A stretch of DNA of 64,000 bases, from NCBI GenBank assembly GCA_002104905.1, contig MCFE01000231.1, forward strand, positions 57,424 to 121,423, in the 5' to 3' direction. Below, one piece after another: positions 52,401 to 63,795 of the stretch. The notes under the pieces are model-generated. The model had not been told where the DNA came from, ran no database searches, and was given only the letters and a program-made list of their open reading frames with translations. This stretch comes from Basidiobolus meristosporus CBS 931.73 (taxonomy: Eukaryota > Fungi > Basidiobolomycota). A program made the translations under genes and the position numbers. Positions within the stretch are counted from its first letter, which is position 1; every line of letters starts with the position of its first letter.

Positions 52401-53387
52401 GTTCTATTAGCTCTATATGTGGATGATCTAATTATAGCTGCCAATAACCTAGCAACATTGGAAGAGACTAAATCCAGCCTATCTAAAGAGTTCAAGATGT
52501 CCAATCTAGGAGAACGCAGTTACTACTCAGGGATTAAGTTCTCCATAGACAGAAGTACCCAGACTATCACCCTAAGTCAATCCAAGTATATTCAAGATAT
52601 ACTAAAGAAGTACAGAATGGAAAACTGTAAACCGGCAGCTGCCCCAATGGAGACAAACCTTGACTTGGTCAAAACTCAGCCAAATCAAGAGAGCTTGGTG
52701 CCATCTGAAAGCCCTGACTTTCCTTATCAATCTATGGTTGGCAGTCTGATGTATATCATGCTTGGAACATGTTGAGATATCTCATATTCAGTGGGAGTTG
52801 TCAGCCAACATAATCAGAACTATGGATCTGATCATATTGCAGCGTTTAAGCGGATTTTTAGATACCTAAAAGGAACTGCTGATATCTGCTTAAGATACAC
52901 TTATAATGATTCAGAACAGGATCTTGTGAGATACTCTGATGATGATTGGGGACAAAATTTGGAAGACAGAAGATCCACCACAGGATACACCTTTCTTGAC
53001 TGTAAAGGAGCAATTTCATGGAATTCAAGAAAGCAACCAATCGTAGCACTTTCCACCACAGAGGCAGAGTATACGGCAGCCTGTGAAGCTACAAAAGAAG
53101 CAATGTGGTTAAGAAAACTCTTTACAGATTTAGGCCTATATCAAAAAACGCCTATTACTTTATTTCAAGATACTCAAGGATGTATACAATTAGGTAGAAA
53201 TCCAACTTTTCATGCTAGAACCAAGCACATAGATATTAGACATCATTTCATACGTGAAGCTATAGGGAATAACTTAGTGTACTGTCCTACAGATGAAATG
53301 ATTGCAGACATATTTACCAAACCATTAGCTAGAGACAAGTTTGAATATCTTAGGTCAAAATTAGGACTAATCAGTATGAACATTTAG
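49453..53387 (+). pseudogene. Disrupted copia gag-pol
   Basis: KLDGSN..W..KMKMLLQERGLWDIV (gag), CNYCKRKGHISDRC, WYMDSGASQH (protease), LWHRRFGH..CEAC, FIDDYTRYTW..DNGGEY..QQNGVAE (integrase), YVDD (RT) and KHIDIRHHFIRE (RNase H). In-frame stops at ~49707, 50822, 52022 and 52775, plus a frameshift near the A-run at ~50172. Confidence 0.93.
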
Positions 53388-53398
53388 CTGAGTTGGAG

Positions 53399-53747
53399 TG
53401 TTGTAAAAATTTGTAATTCCACCTAAATATTCACCTTACTTAGTCACTTAGATCATTACCCTTAAATCCTAGAGAATACTGACCAAATTCCTTGTTGGGA
53501 TTTACTTAGAATATTCTCACCAAAAAACCAGGTACCCAGAACATGAAAATTCTCAAAGTTGTCCAGACAGCCCCAAACTTTGCACACCTGTTCTTGGGAC
53601 CTTCCTTAACCTATTCTACGTGTTTGTAATGCCAAGACCAGGTAAAAGTATAAATACTACTTTTACATTCAATATATCATCAAGTGAAAACCACATAATC
53701 TACTTGTTCTCCCAATCACTTTCAATATCTCCAAGACTCTTACAACA
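53399..53747 (+). repeat. 3' LTR preceded by polypurine tract GAGTTGGAG (53390-53398)
   Basis: TGTTGTAA...TTACAACA terminal inverted repeat. Confidence 0.95.
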
Positions 53748-54959
53748 CAAACAGCCAGTATTCAAAAGTTCAACTTACTGAAAGATGAGTAGATATGCAA
53801 AGAACAGCAATTGCAAAATGCAGGAGTATCTGTTTGATACAAAGAGTTGGATTATCTCTAGTTAAACTATGAGGTATAGAGTGTTCACATGGGTGATCCA
53901 CAAAGCAAGTGGTGCTAGGAACTTGGGGAGATTTGGAGTAAGTGGGTGAAAGTACAGTTTTACAACAAAGTATTTCAGAACTTTATACATCTTAATTACT
54001 TGCAATGCCAAATTGTTAGTAGATGTATTGAATCTCTAAAGTCCTGATTTACAACCACTTTTCTATAAGAATTGATATGAGAGAGATAGCACTCTCAAGT
54101 CCAGAATATTTTTTTGGCTTCTTAAGGGCTTCTCTCCAATGATGAGATAAGTAATAAAGCAGGGTTGATCACCGCAACAACCACAATATCCAAAAGCCTC
54201 ATAGACTTGAGCCTCATATTGGGGATATGTGAGTAGTTGCACAGAGAGGCTAGTTGTAGCAGTATGGATACTGCACCAGGTAGGGAATCCCTGTAAGCAG
54301 AGTGCGCAGCAGATTTAGCAATGAATGTCTAAAACTGAAGTAAGAAACAGGTTTTACGGATATGCATCTTTGAGTACTCTTTGGCACATTCACATTCGAA
54401 TCGTGTATTACTTTTTATTTCCCACGAAAAACCTAAATCACAGGGCACGATAGGTCATTTACATTTTCACCTACCAACCTCCACTTGGCAGCGTCATTGA
54501 ATCAACTTCATCCCTTCGACTAGTCACATAGGATTGATCCTTGTTCATTATTTCAATTAAGCGGTAGCGAAGAGTAACACACTTCCAGCAACTTCATTGA
54601 ACAGATCGCATAATAACGACGTTTAAAGGACAGTAAGGTCTAGTGATATCGGTAGCCACTACATTAATGATTTATATAAAGCTGATTGAAGCAGTACGTA
54701 ATTTTGTTATTTAAATTGTCATTACGTTGATTTGTTACATTATATCATTACAAGCACAAACCACCATATTAGAAAATCTTACCATTTGCAAACCACCAGC
54801 GCTCACATATGAGCCTCGGCTGGTATATCCTTGGCAATAGGAAGAAAATACCATTATTGATGTAAATGCTAATTGTCTTGCGTTTTGGTATTGATTTTTG
54901 CCCGTCTCTTACCCAATTGCATTAATCTACCTAAGGATTGTTCATTTCCAATTTACTTC

Positions 54960-57900
54960 TCCCAAAAATACTTAATATCACTGGCAAACGTTTTATTCCA
55001 CGCTACATTTCTCATCAATACAATCGATACATTGGCTTTTCGTCCGTGGCCTGGCGTTCAGAGATGATCGGAAACGAACCGGAAGTCAAGCGAGCGTAGC
55101 AACACTTTGCAGAATGGTGAGCTCCAGATGCAAGGCTGGGTTGCGGAGACCTTGTAGGCGGAATAATCGGCTTAACGGTGAGGCTTTTGGAGAGTGGAAA
55201 GTAGTACAATGCTCATCAGTTGACAGCCTTCCTTTTATACTGCATTCTTCGGTATTGATTTATCCACTCTTTACATATTGCGTAATGAGCCGCCGGATCC
55301 ATGCACCAGGGTACTGGCTGGAAGTATTCCAGTGGTACTTCGGAGTCAGTCACTTCACTCCAAGCATCTCGAGCCATTTCTATTTTCGCAATCTTCCCTA
55401 ATTGGACTGGTGACTGTGTAGTATTAATTCCAAATAAAGCGGCATCAAATCCGCGAGAATGTAACTTGGTCCACATAAGGCCATAGATAGTCTATTTGTT
55501 GCACACTATCTAATACTAGAATATACCGATGCCCCATTGACCAAATGACGGGCAAATTGAACCCTGGCCTCAAGGGGTGTCTGTGATTGGACCTACATGC
55601 CCGCCAAATTCAGATGCCTTCGATCTATACAGAACATTTCACAGAATATGACTTGCCTTCATTGAATTACACTTCTCCTCACGCAAGGGGACAGATAGTA
55701 ACTGAAGAAGTATATTTTTGGCGTGATCAGGTAAGTAGATAGGTGATAGCAACCATTTTTGTGGATATACCGGATTCGAAATATCAGGAATTTAGGAACA
55801 CAACAACAGAGCTAGATGGAATGTGCGACCCGTAAAATCTTCGTAAATTTTCTGACAGACCTGGAACTCGGCTTCGGAAAATATGATTTGATGTTGTTAA
55901 GTATAAAGACAACAACAACAACCAATGCTTTAGAAAATCCGTGTGATAATTCCACTATTTGGGATCTAAGCGTATGCTCTTAATTGAATCAATGATCGTT
56001 TCATATTATACTTTGTAGCTGCCAAATCCCTAATATGACGCTTTGTTGCCAATTCTCTACCCAGGAGTTACTAGTGCGAGTATTCCAGCAGTACTTCAGA
56101 GGTTATGACCTCACTCCAAGTATCTTTAGCCATCTCCATTCTCACAATCTTTCCTTAATTGGGACAGTAGCTATGGAGTGTTGACTGCAGATTTAGCCGC
56201 ATCAAATCCCGGAAAATATACCTTGGCCCCAAACAATTGTAGATTATCCGTTTCTTGAGTACTATGTAATACAAGATTGTGCTGGGGCCGCGTTGATGTG
56301 TATAAGGCTTAATGATAAAAACCAAAGGAGCGTTTGAAGATATATGAGCAAGAAATAAACGCTGTGGAAGCGTCCAGCTGGTTCGATTTATCAGATTTGG
56401 GATATCAAAGATCCTAATTTGTAGAGTCTGACATGGCAACTGCTAAGAGATTAGTAGAATGTGCAGTTCGGTAATTTGTTGTAGGGCCTGGATTTCGCTG
56501 TGACTGATATTAAGAATTAAAAAGAAAAAACCAATGTTTTTGAAACATGTTTTTGAAACATGGAGGGTGTATTCCACTGTTCTGTATCGAGCCGTTTGGT
56601 TCACTGATTAGATATTATTTTATGTGGCTTTAGCAACATACAGAGTCACACAGAAACCACCTCAAATCAAAAGTTGGTTGGATTCACTGCCATACCGTAA
56701 ACCATTAACCGGGGTCACGGTTGATACAAACTGCACATTTTCAGTATGGTGAAAAAATGAATTATCACCAGGACGTAAAAACACTTAAGATAACTGTTGA
56801 TTACTGTAGGATCGATTAATTCCCACGCTTTTGACCCATATTCAAGAGACTTTCCATTCTCGAACACTGGCTTAGTATGTGCCAGTACCCTCAACAAGCA
56901 AAATACAAAAATATCATCGGTAAGCTTTTTATTCCATGTCACAATTCTCATCAATACAATCGATACATTGGCTTTTCGTCCGTGGCCTGGCGTTCAGAGA
57001 TGATCGGAAACGAGCCGGAAGTCAAGCGAGCGTAGCAACACTTTGCAGAATGGTGAGCTCCAGATGCAAGGCTGGGTTGCGGAGACCTTGTAGGCGGAAT
57101 AATCGGCTTAACGGTGAGGCTTTTGGAGAGTGGAAAGTAGTACAATGCTCATCAGTTGACAGCCTTCCTTTTATACTGCATTCTTCGGTATTGATTTATC
57201 CACTCTTTACATATTGCGTAATGAGCCGCCGGATCCATGCACCAGGGTACTGGCTGGAGGTATTCCAGTGGTACTTCGGAGTCAGTCACTTCGCTCCAAG
57301 TATCTCGAGCCATTTTCATTTTTTCAATCTTCTCTAATTTTAACCAGTAACTGCATAGCATTGATTCTAGATTAAGCCGCATCAACCCCGGGAGAATGTA
57401 CCTTGGGCCATCCACAGCCGTAGATAATCCATTCGTCGCGTACTACCTAACATAGGAATATACCGGTGCCTCATCGATGTGAACATGGTGCACCCAAGTA
57501 CCAATGAACTTGGGTGCTGGCTTCGACGAAAATAGCAAAACATCTATGATAAAACTTCTCAAACAAACCCGGTAGCTTGAGATTAATACAGATCACTGCC
57601 AAATGCAAGACTCATATTTAAATCAGATCTAACCTCCCAAATGGTACTGATAATAACTAAAGGAGAATTTGAGGGCATAGGTGCAAAAAACTCACGCGGT
57701 GGATATACCACATTTGGGATATCAAGATCACCACCAAAACTCCTAATTAGTAGAGACTGACAGGTCAACAACGAAGATAGAGATTAATGGTATGTGCGAT
57801 TTGGCCTCCAGAACGGTGTGGCAATGGTTGATATTACGAATTAAAAGAAAAGACCAATGCTTTTAAAACTTGAAGCGTGATTACCATTGTTCTATATCGA

Positions 57901-60670
57901 GCCTGATTAAATATTATTTCATATAGCTTTAGCAACATACAGAGTTCTCCCGAAGGTTGGAATCACTACCATTCCGTAAACCAATTATCCAGTATATGGA
58001 TGATACTGTAAATAAGAGATTCTTCTGAGAATATAAAAACACTTTGTCAATGGAAAACCAAATTCTCGCTGTTTTCTGTTGTTTCGATTTCTTTCCATCC
58101 CGTGGATCCAAATTGAACAATCTAGCTAGGGACTTTCCATCCTTAGACTTTAGCTTGGTATGTCCCAGCTCGTTCAATAAACAAAATACAAAAATATCAC
58201 TGGTAAACGTTTTATTCCGTGTTACATTTCGAATCATCTACGGCCCGGTATTCAGAGATATTCTGACATGAATCGGAATTCAAGTGAGCAGAGCAACTCC
58301 TTTGCAGAATGGTGAGCGCCAGATGGAAGGCTGGGTAACGGAGACCCTGTAGGCGGAATATTCGGCTTAACGGTGAAGGTTTCGGAAGGTGGAAAGTAGT
58401 ACACGGATACGTATTTGACAGCCGTCCTTTTATACTGCGTTCTTCGGTATGGATTTATCCACTCCTGACATGTTGCATCATAGGCTGACGGATCTATACT
58501 GCAGGGTTGTTGTACTCAGCATCCCAGTGGTACTTTGGAGTCAGTCACTTCACTCCAAGCATCTCGAGCCATTTCTATTTTCGCGATGTGGACTAGTTGC
58601 TGTGTGGTGTTGAGTCTAGGTTAAGCGGCATCAAATCCGCGAGAATGTACCATGGCCCACAAAAGGCCATAGATAGTCTATTTATTGCACACTATCTAAT
58701 ACTAGAATATACCGATGCCCTGTTGACTGAATGAGTGCACCTATGTTATGGTCAATTTAGACCCTGGCTTCAAAGGCCATTTGTGATTGGACCTACTTGT
58801 GCGCCAAATTCAGATGCCTTCGATCTATACAGAACATTTCAAAAAATAAGACTTGCTCTCCCACAAAGGTATGGATAGTAACTGTGGAAGTATATTTATA
58901 GCATGATCTGGTAAGTAGATTGGTGATAGACGCCAACACTACGGAAATGAACACCTTGGGATATGCCGGATTCGGTGTATCGAGATTGCAAAAATATACC
59001 TACTGCATAAAGATCAACAATGGGGCTAGATAGAGCGTGCGGCCCGATAGTTTTCTGGCTTCGGAGAATAGGATTTGGTCATGATGATACTAAGAATTAA
59101 ACAGAAAAGGCCAATGCTTTTGAAACTTGAAAAGTGAGTTCCGTTGTTCTATATCAAACCGCCAGGATCCCTGGTTGAATATTATTTCATATGGCTTGAG
59201 CAATATACAGTGTTCTCCTAAAGGTTGCCGTACGGTAAATCAATAATCTGATGCAGTGGATATATCGTGGAAATGTATTCTTCGGAGGAGTTAATAGCAC
59301 GTTGCTAGTGGATAAAATTTAGGTTGTTTTTTGTGGGATTGATCTCTTCCAATGCCGTGGACCCAAGTTCAAGACTTTTCATCCTCGTGCTCTAGCTTAG
59401 TATGTGCCAGTAAGCTCAATAAACAAAATACAAAAATATCACTGGTAAACGTTTTATTCCGTGTTACATTTCGAATCAACACAATGATTATATTGACTCA
59501 TCATCTACGGCCCGATGTTAGACATGAATTGAAATTCAAGTGAGCATAGCAACTCCTTTGCAGAATGGGAAGCACCAGACGCAATCCTGGGTAGCGGAGA
59601 CCTTGTAGGCGGAATAATCGGCTTAACGGTGAGGCTTTTGGAAAGTGGAAAGTAGTACAATGTTTGTCAAGCTATACTCCTCATTTTATAGTGCACCTAT
59701 GGCAAGAATTGATCCAGCCCTTGCATGTGGCACCATGGGATGAAAATCTTTGTTCCGGGATTCTGGCCAACATTCTAGCAGCACTGTAGAGTTGGTAATT
59801 GCACTGCTTTGTAGAACACCTACCCTCTCACAATAGTATTGATAGTACCGAAACAAGAATTTTGCTTTATAATTGGTATCTGCTATGAGGTGCCCATATT
59901 CTCCGATTTCTCATATTTGGTATGTCAAGGTTACCAAGGAAATACCTAGTTTGTATTGATTGTGATGATAATTGCCAAGATTGGAATAGAGGGTATGTGC
60001 GGCCCCTCCAATTATTGATGGATTAAGAATACATCCTTTAAAAACAAGATTTGGCCATCGCTGATAATAGCTGCAGAGAAAATACCAATCTTCTTGGGCT
60101 TGGCATGCGAATTCTATTATTTTGAATCTAGGCATCGCAATCCCCAATTAAATCACTAATCGTTTGATTGGAGTCGCTCAGAAATCAACTGTTTGTTAGA
60201 TTCACTGTTATACCATGAACCAATAATCGGGTAAACGGGTGATACAAAACTGCGGATTTTCAATATAGTGGAAGTGAAAGCTTCTGTAGACGTAAAAACA
60301 CGTTGTTAATGGAAAACCAAACTCTCATTGGTTTCAGTAGGTCCAATTTCATCCCTTGTGTTTGGCCCAAGTTCAAAAATCTAGCGATTGCCTTTTCATG
60401 CTCAGACTTTAGCTTATTACGTGTCAGTACGCTCAATAAACAAAATACAAAATATCACTGATATGCGTTTATTCCGTATTGCATTTCTTATCAATACAAT
60501 GATTATATTGACTCATCATCTACAGCCCGGTGTTCAGAGATCATCTGAAACAAGTCGCAAGTCAAGTGGGCATAGCAACCACTGTGCAAAATGGTGAGCT
60601 CCAGATGCAAGACTGAGTAGCAAAGATCTTGTAGGCCAAAATATCAGCTTAATGGCAAGGCTTTGGGAAA
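54960..60670. repeat. Degenerate subtelomeric tandem repeat: five core copies plus one partial unit, period ~1.0-1.9 kb
   Basis: The core ...GCAGAATGG..CCAGA..GGAGACC.TGTAGGCGGAATA.TCGGCTTAACGGTGA.. recurs at ~55110, 57047, 58306, 59562 and 60590. Shared flanks include CAAAATACAAAAATATCA, GCGGCATCAAATCC, GAATATACCG and CCAATGCTTT. Confidence 0.95.
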
Positions 60671-60685
60671 GGGTTAGGGTTAGGG
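60671..60685 (+). repeat. Interstitial telomeric seed GGGTTAGGGTTAGGG
   Basis: Directly abuts the truncated fifth subtelomeric repeat copy. Confidence 0.9.
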
Positions 60686-61142
60686 GAGGGAAAGTCACCA
60701 AGTGGTGAAATCTTTATTTACCCATGACAAGTATCTAAAAAAGCCAAGTAAATCTGAAGTTATTCCTAGAAAGCTAGGTCTGAGAGATATCTTCCTGGTA
60801 AGCTAGGTCTGAGAGTTGAGAAGCTGAGTGGTACTATATTTCCTAGTTGGCTAGGTTGGAGAGAGGTTTCTTAGGGGAGGGAAAGTCACCAAGTTGGTGA
60901 AATCTTTATTTGAGTTAACAACTAATCTAAGTACAAATAAAGAAGCCGATTAAGAGGTCTAGAACCTTTCTAATAAGTAATCTAATTTATGTTTGTTTCA
61001 TCTCTAATGTTTGGGTTAGGGGGAGGGAAAGTCACCAAGTTGGTGAAATCTTTATTTGAGTTAAGAACTAATCTAAGTACAAATAAAGAAGCCAATTAAG
61101 AGGTCTAGAACCTCTCTAATACGTAATCTAATCTATGTTTTG
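60671..61142 (-). mobile_element. Three short (~130-200 bp) head-to-tail elements sharing the LINE 3' terminus
   Basis: The motif TTAGGGG(G)AGGGAAAGTCACCAAG(T)TGGTGAAATCTTTATTT occurs at 60680-60719, 60871-60911 and 61016-61057. Units 2 and 3 are near-identical over ~120 bp. Confidence 0.8.
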
Positions 61143-63795
61143 TTAGGGGGGGGAGACAGTCACCAACAGGTGAAATCTTTATTTCAGTTGAAACAAAGAA
61201 GCCAGCGCTACTGTTGTAGCTTTGATACAAGAGTGTGTAGCTGAGGGGAATTTGTAGGTAAGTTAATAAGAAGTGATGATAGTTCTTCAGTGCTCAAGAC
61301 ACTGTTCAGTGGGAAGGGGGGTAGCAAGAGAGGTAAGAATGACTTGTGAACAACATTAATGAGGGGAATGTGATAAGGATTGATATTCATCATAAAGGGA
61401 GTGTGCTGCTGCAGATATTGCTGCCAAAGGTCTGTCAAGTACTTCAGGTAGGCCAGCTTGGGTTTTTCTGACTGCAGAATATAGTGAGCAAACTTCTTGA
61501 CTTCAGGATCTCCAAGTATAGTTCTCCAGCAGGAGCCAGGTGTTGTGTGGTGTGTTCTCTTCCAGGCCTTAATCAGTGGGTTGTTGCAGTTGTGAAGTCT
61601 GAGGTATAATCTGGTTCTAAGGTAGAGAAGTCTAATCTTATAGGGCATAAACCCAAAAGCACCAAGAATAGCATGTCTGTAGGGGCATTCAGGCAAATGA
61701 GGCACCAAGGAGGTAATGCACCATACTGCAAACTTGTCAAGCTTAGTGCAGTCTCTAGAAGTAAGAGAGAGAAGTGGTAAGCCAAATTCCAGGACAGGGA
61801 AGACAAACTGCTTGAGTAGAAGGAGGCAGCTGGGAGCTGAAGTTGTAGGAGGAGTAACAGCCAGTAGCTTGTGGAGTGCCTGTCTTGCCAGGATAATTCT
61901 CTTCTTCAGGTGTGCTCCAGAGTCTAGTCCAGTAGGAAGGAAAGGAAAGCCAAGATATGTAGCAGAAACCTGAGCAGGTAGAGTGGAGTTCTCCAAGTTG
62001 ATGGGAGAGCCCAAAGGTACTGTCTTTGCAATGGAAAGCTGGAGATTATTCTTCTGCAGATACTGGTGGATGGCCTGGGAGTCTTGTTGCACATTGGAGG
62101 AGGATATTCTGATGTCATCAGCAAAGAGAGTAACCAGGCAGTCAGCTGAGAGTCTTGGGAAATCATTCAGGAAGATGGCAAACAGTATAGGACCAAGCAC
62201 AGAGCCTTGAACCACTCCATTAGGAACTGAGAACACAGCTGATTGCTCACTTGGGTGCAGAATTCTTGCTTGTGGATCCAGAAACAGAGACCTGACAAGG
62301 AGGGTGAGAGAGGTACTGGAGAAGCATTGCAACTTGGACCAAAGCAGATTTCTGTCAACTGAATCAAAGGCCTTAGTAATATCAAACAGAACAGAGGGAT
62401 ACTTGCACTGGAGAGAGTGATCTTGGCTAAGTATGACTGCATATTCCAAGGAGAGGCCAGGAACAAAGCCAAACTGTGCAGGATGAAACTTGAGAGAGTC
62501 AGAGTAGAGCTCCTGAGCAAGCAGAAGCTCAAACACCTTTCTGCAGGTGGGCAGCAGAGATATTGGCCTGTAGGAGCTAGGATCCAGGTGCTTTCCTTTA
62601 CCCTTGTACAGTGGCAGAACATTTGCAAAGGACCATTCCTCAGGAGTAGAAAGCTGGGCTGAGCATTGCTGAAACAGTGGAAGCAGAAGTGCAGACATGG
62701 CGTTGGTACTAGTCTTCAGAAGCTCATAGGAGATTGTGTCCACACCTGGAGCAGTAGAGTTGGGAAGCCTCTTGAGCACATTATGGATTCTCCTTTGATC
62801 AAGTGCAAGTGGGATGGGCAGAGTCTTGAAGTCAGGATGAAAGCCAGGAGTTGAGTACTGCTTTGTAGAGAAGAAGATGTTAGCCAGCTGTTCTGTTGAA
62901 GGTAACTTCCTGGAAGAGGGCCTCATTGCCCTGTAGAGTCTTGATACTGTTCTTGTTATAGAGTTGGAAGATTGCAGAGGCAAGGAACTCATAATATGAT
63001 CCCAGAGCTGAGTATGCAGAGTGTGGTGAATTGCCTTGGAGTGGTGTATTGCTGTCAGGAGGAGTTTCTCTGTTTTTGGGTTAGGGAAGCTCAGGTAGCT
63101 TTGTTGCAGGGCTGAAACAATGGATTCCCATTTCCTTGAGGTAACAGCAGTAGTCTTGCATGGCAGTGAGAGGGAGGCAGACACCAGAATCAGATGCTTC
63201 ACAAAGAGCCAGGCAAAGTTGAGATCATCTGGCAGAGAAAGTAGCAAACTGGCAAGCTTCAAGTAGTTCCCAAAGTCTTTCTTCTGATTCTTGGTAGCTT
63301 TGTGGGTGAGCACAGTAAGTTTTGGCAGCTTCTTCTTCACAACTGGTTGCATAGAAAGGGACCAGGCTGGGTGGTCAGAGGCTCTCAAGGATCCTAGCTC
63401 AGCTCCAGAGAATTGCTTAACTTCATTCACAAAGTAGAGGGCAGCAGCAGAAGGGCAGATCCAGTCAACACATCTTTTCTCAGATTGAGCACCTAGTGCT
63501 AGCAGATGGCTTTCTCTCAGGAAGTTCAGTAGGAATGTAGACCTTGGCTTCATTCTTGCAGTCAGAGTAGTCTTGTTCTCAGGATGGGGAATGTTGAGAT
63601 CTCCAAGCAAGATAATAGGTGTTGATATAGATTGCTGGTATTGCTGAACTTTCTGGCATATAACTTGCACTTCCTGAAGGGCAAGACTTGGAGGCAGATA
63701 GCAGAGCACCAGACTGATAGTTGGCAACTGGAGAGCAGCACAGTAAGGGGAGTAAAGAGGAACACAGAGCTGAGGAGTATTGATGGTAGGGTAGA
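61143..63795 (-). mobile_element. Telomere-abutting non-LTR retrotransposon (APE + RT), 5'-truncated
   Basis: APE C-terminal half (CYLPP, LLGDLN, VDWI, SDH) and RT (PGVDTI, YRPISLL, QFGF, FDITKAFDSV, GVVQGSVLGPILF, LFADD, YLG). ~65-nt 3' UTR ending AATAAA-hairpin-CCCCCCCTAAC. Confidence 0.93.
61208..63795 (-). CDS. Intact APE(partial)-RT ORF, stop-free up to the telomere
   Basis: 839 aa from TTG 63727 to TAG 61210-61208. The frame continues upstream without stops (YPTINTPQLCVPLYSPYCAALQ) into the repeats. First in-frame ATG is at 63553. Confidence 0.9.

Larger units (their letters stand above)
49072..53747 (+). mobile_element. Full-length but degenerate Ty1/copia LTR retrotransposon (~4.7 kb), no TSD
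   Basis: Two ~350-bp LTRs, PBS, PPT and gag-PR-IN-RT-RH order. The flanks GGACC and CAAAC do not match. Confidence 0.95.

Noticed and set aside
53905-53968. Possible start of another related LTR on the minus strand (TGTTGTAAAAC...)
   Set aside because: Similarity fades after ~25 bp and I found no matching other end.
55130-55170. Resemblance of the repeat core (GGTTGCGG, GGAGACC..TGTAGGC) to 5S rRNA, and a box C-like TGATGA on the minus strand
   Set aside because: 5S length and internal promoter boxes do not align, and TGATGA is absent from copies 3 and 4.
55015-57415. Duplicated 64-133 aa ORFs in the subtelomeric repeats, on both strands
   Set aside because: Stops and frameshifts differ between copies and substitutions are mostly non-synonymous; identity between copies 1 and 2 reflects recent DNA homogenisation.
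54960-60670. Repeat cores as CRISPR-like array or telomerase RNA
   Set aside because: Units are kb-scale and degenerate, there are no cas genes, and there is no CTAACCCTAA-type template in the core.
63078-63086. Internal GGGTTAGGG within the LINE ORF
   Set aside because: Only 9 nt, encodes Pro-Asn-Pro in frame, and a single occurrence is compatible with chance.
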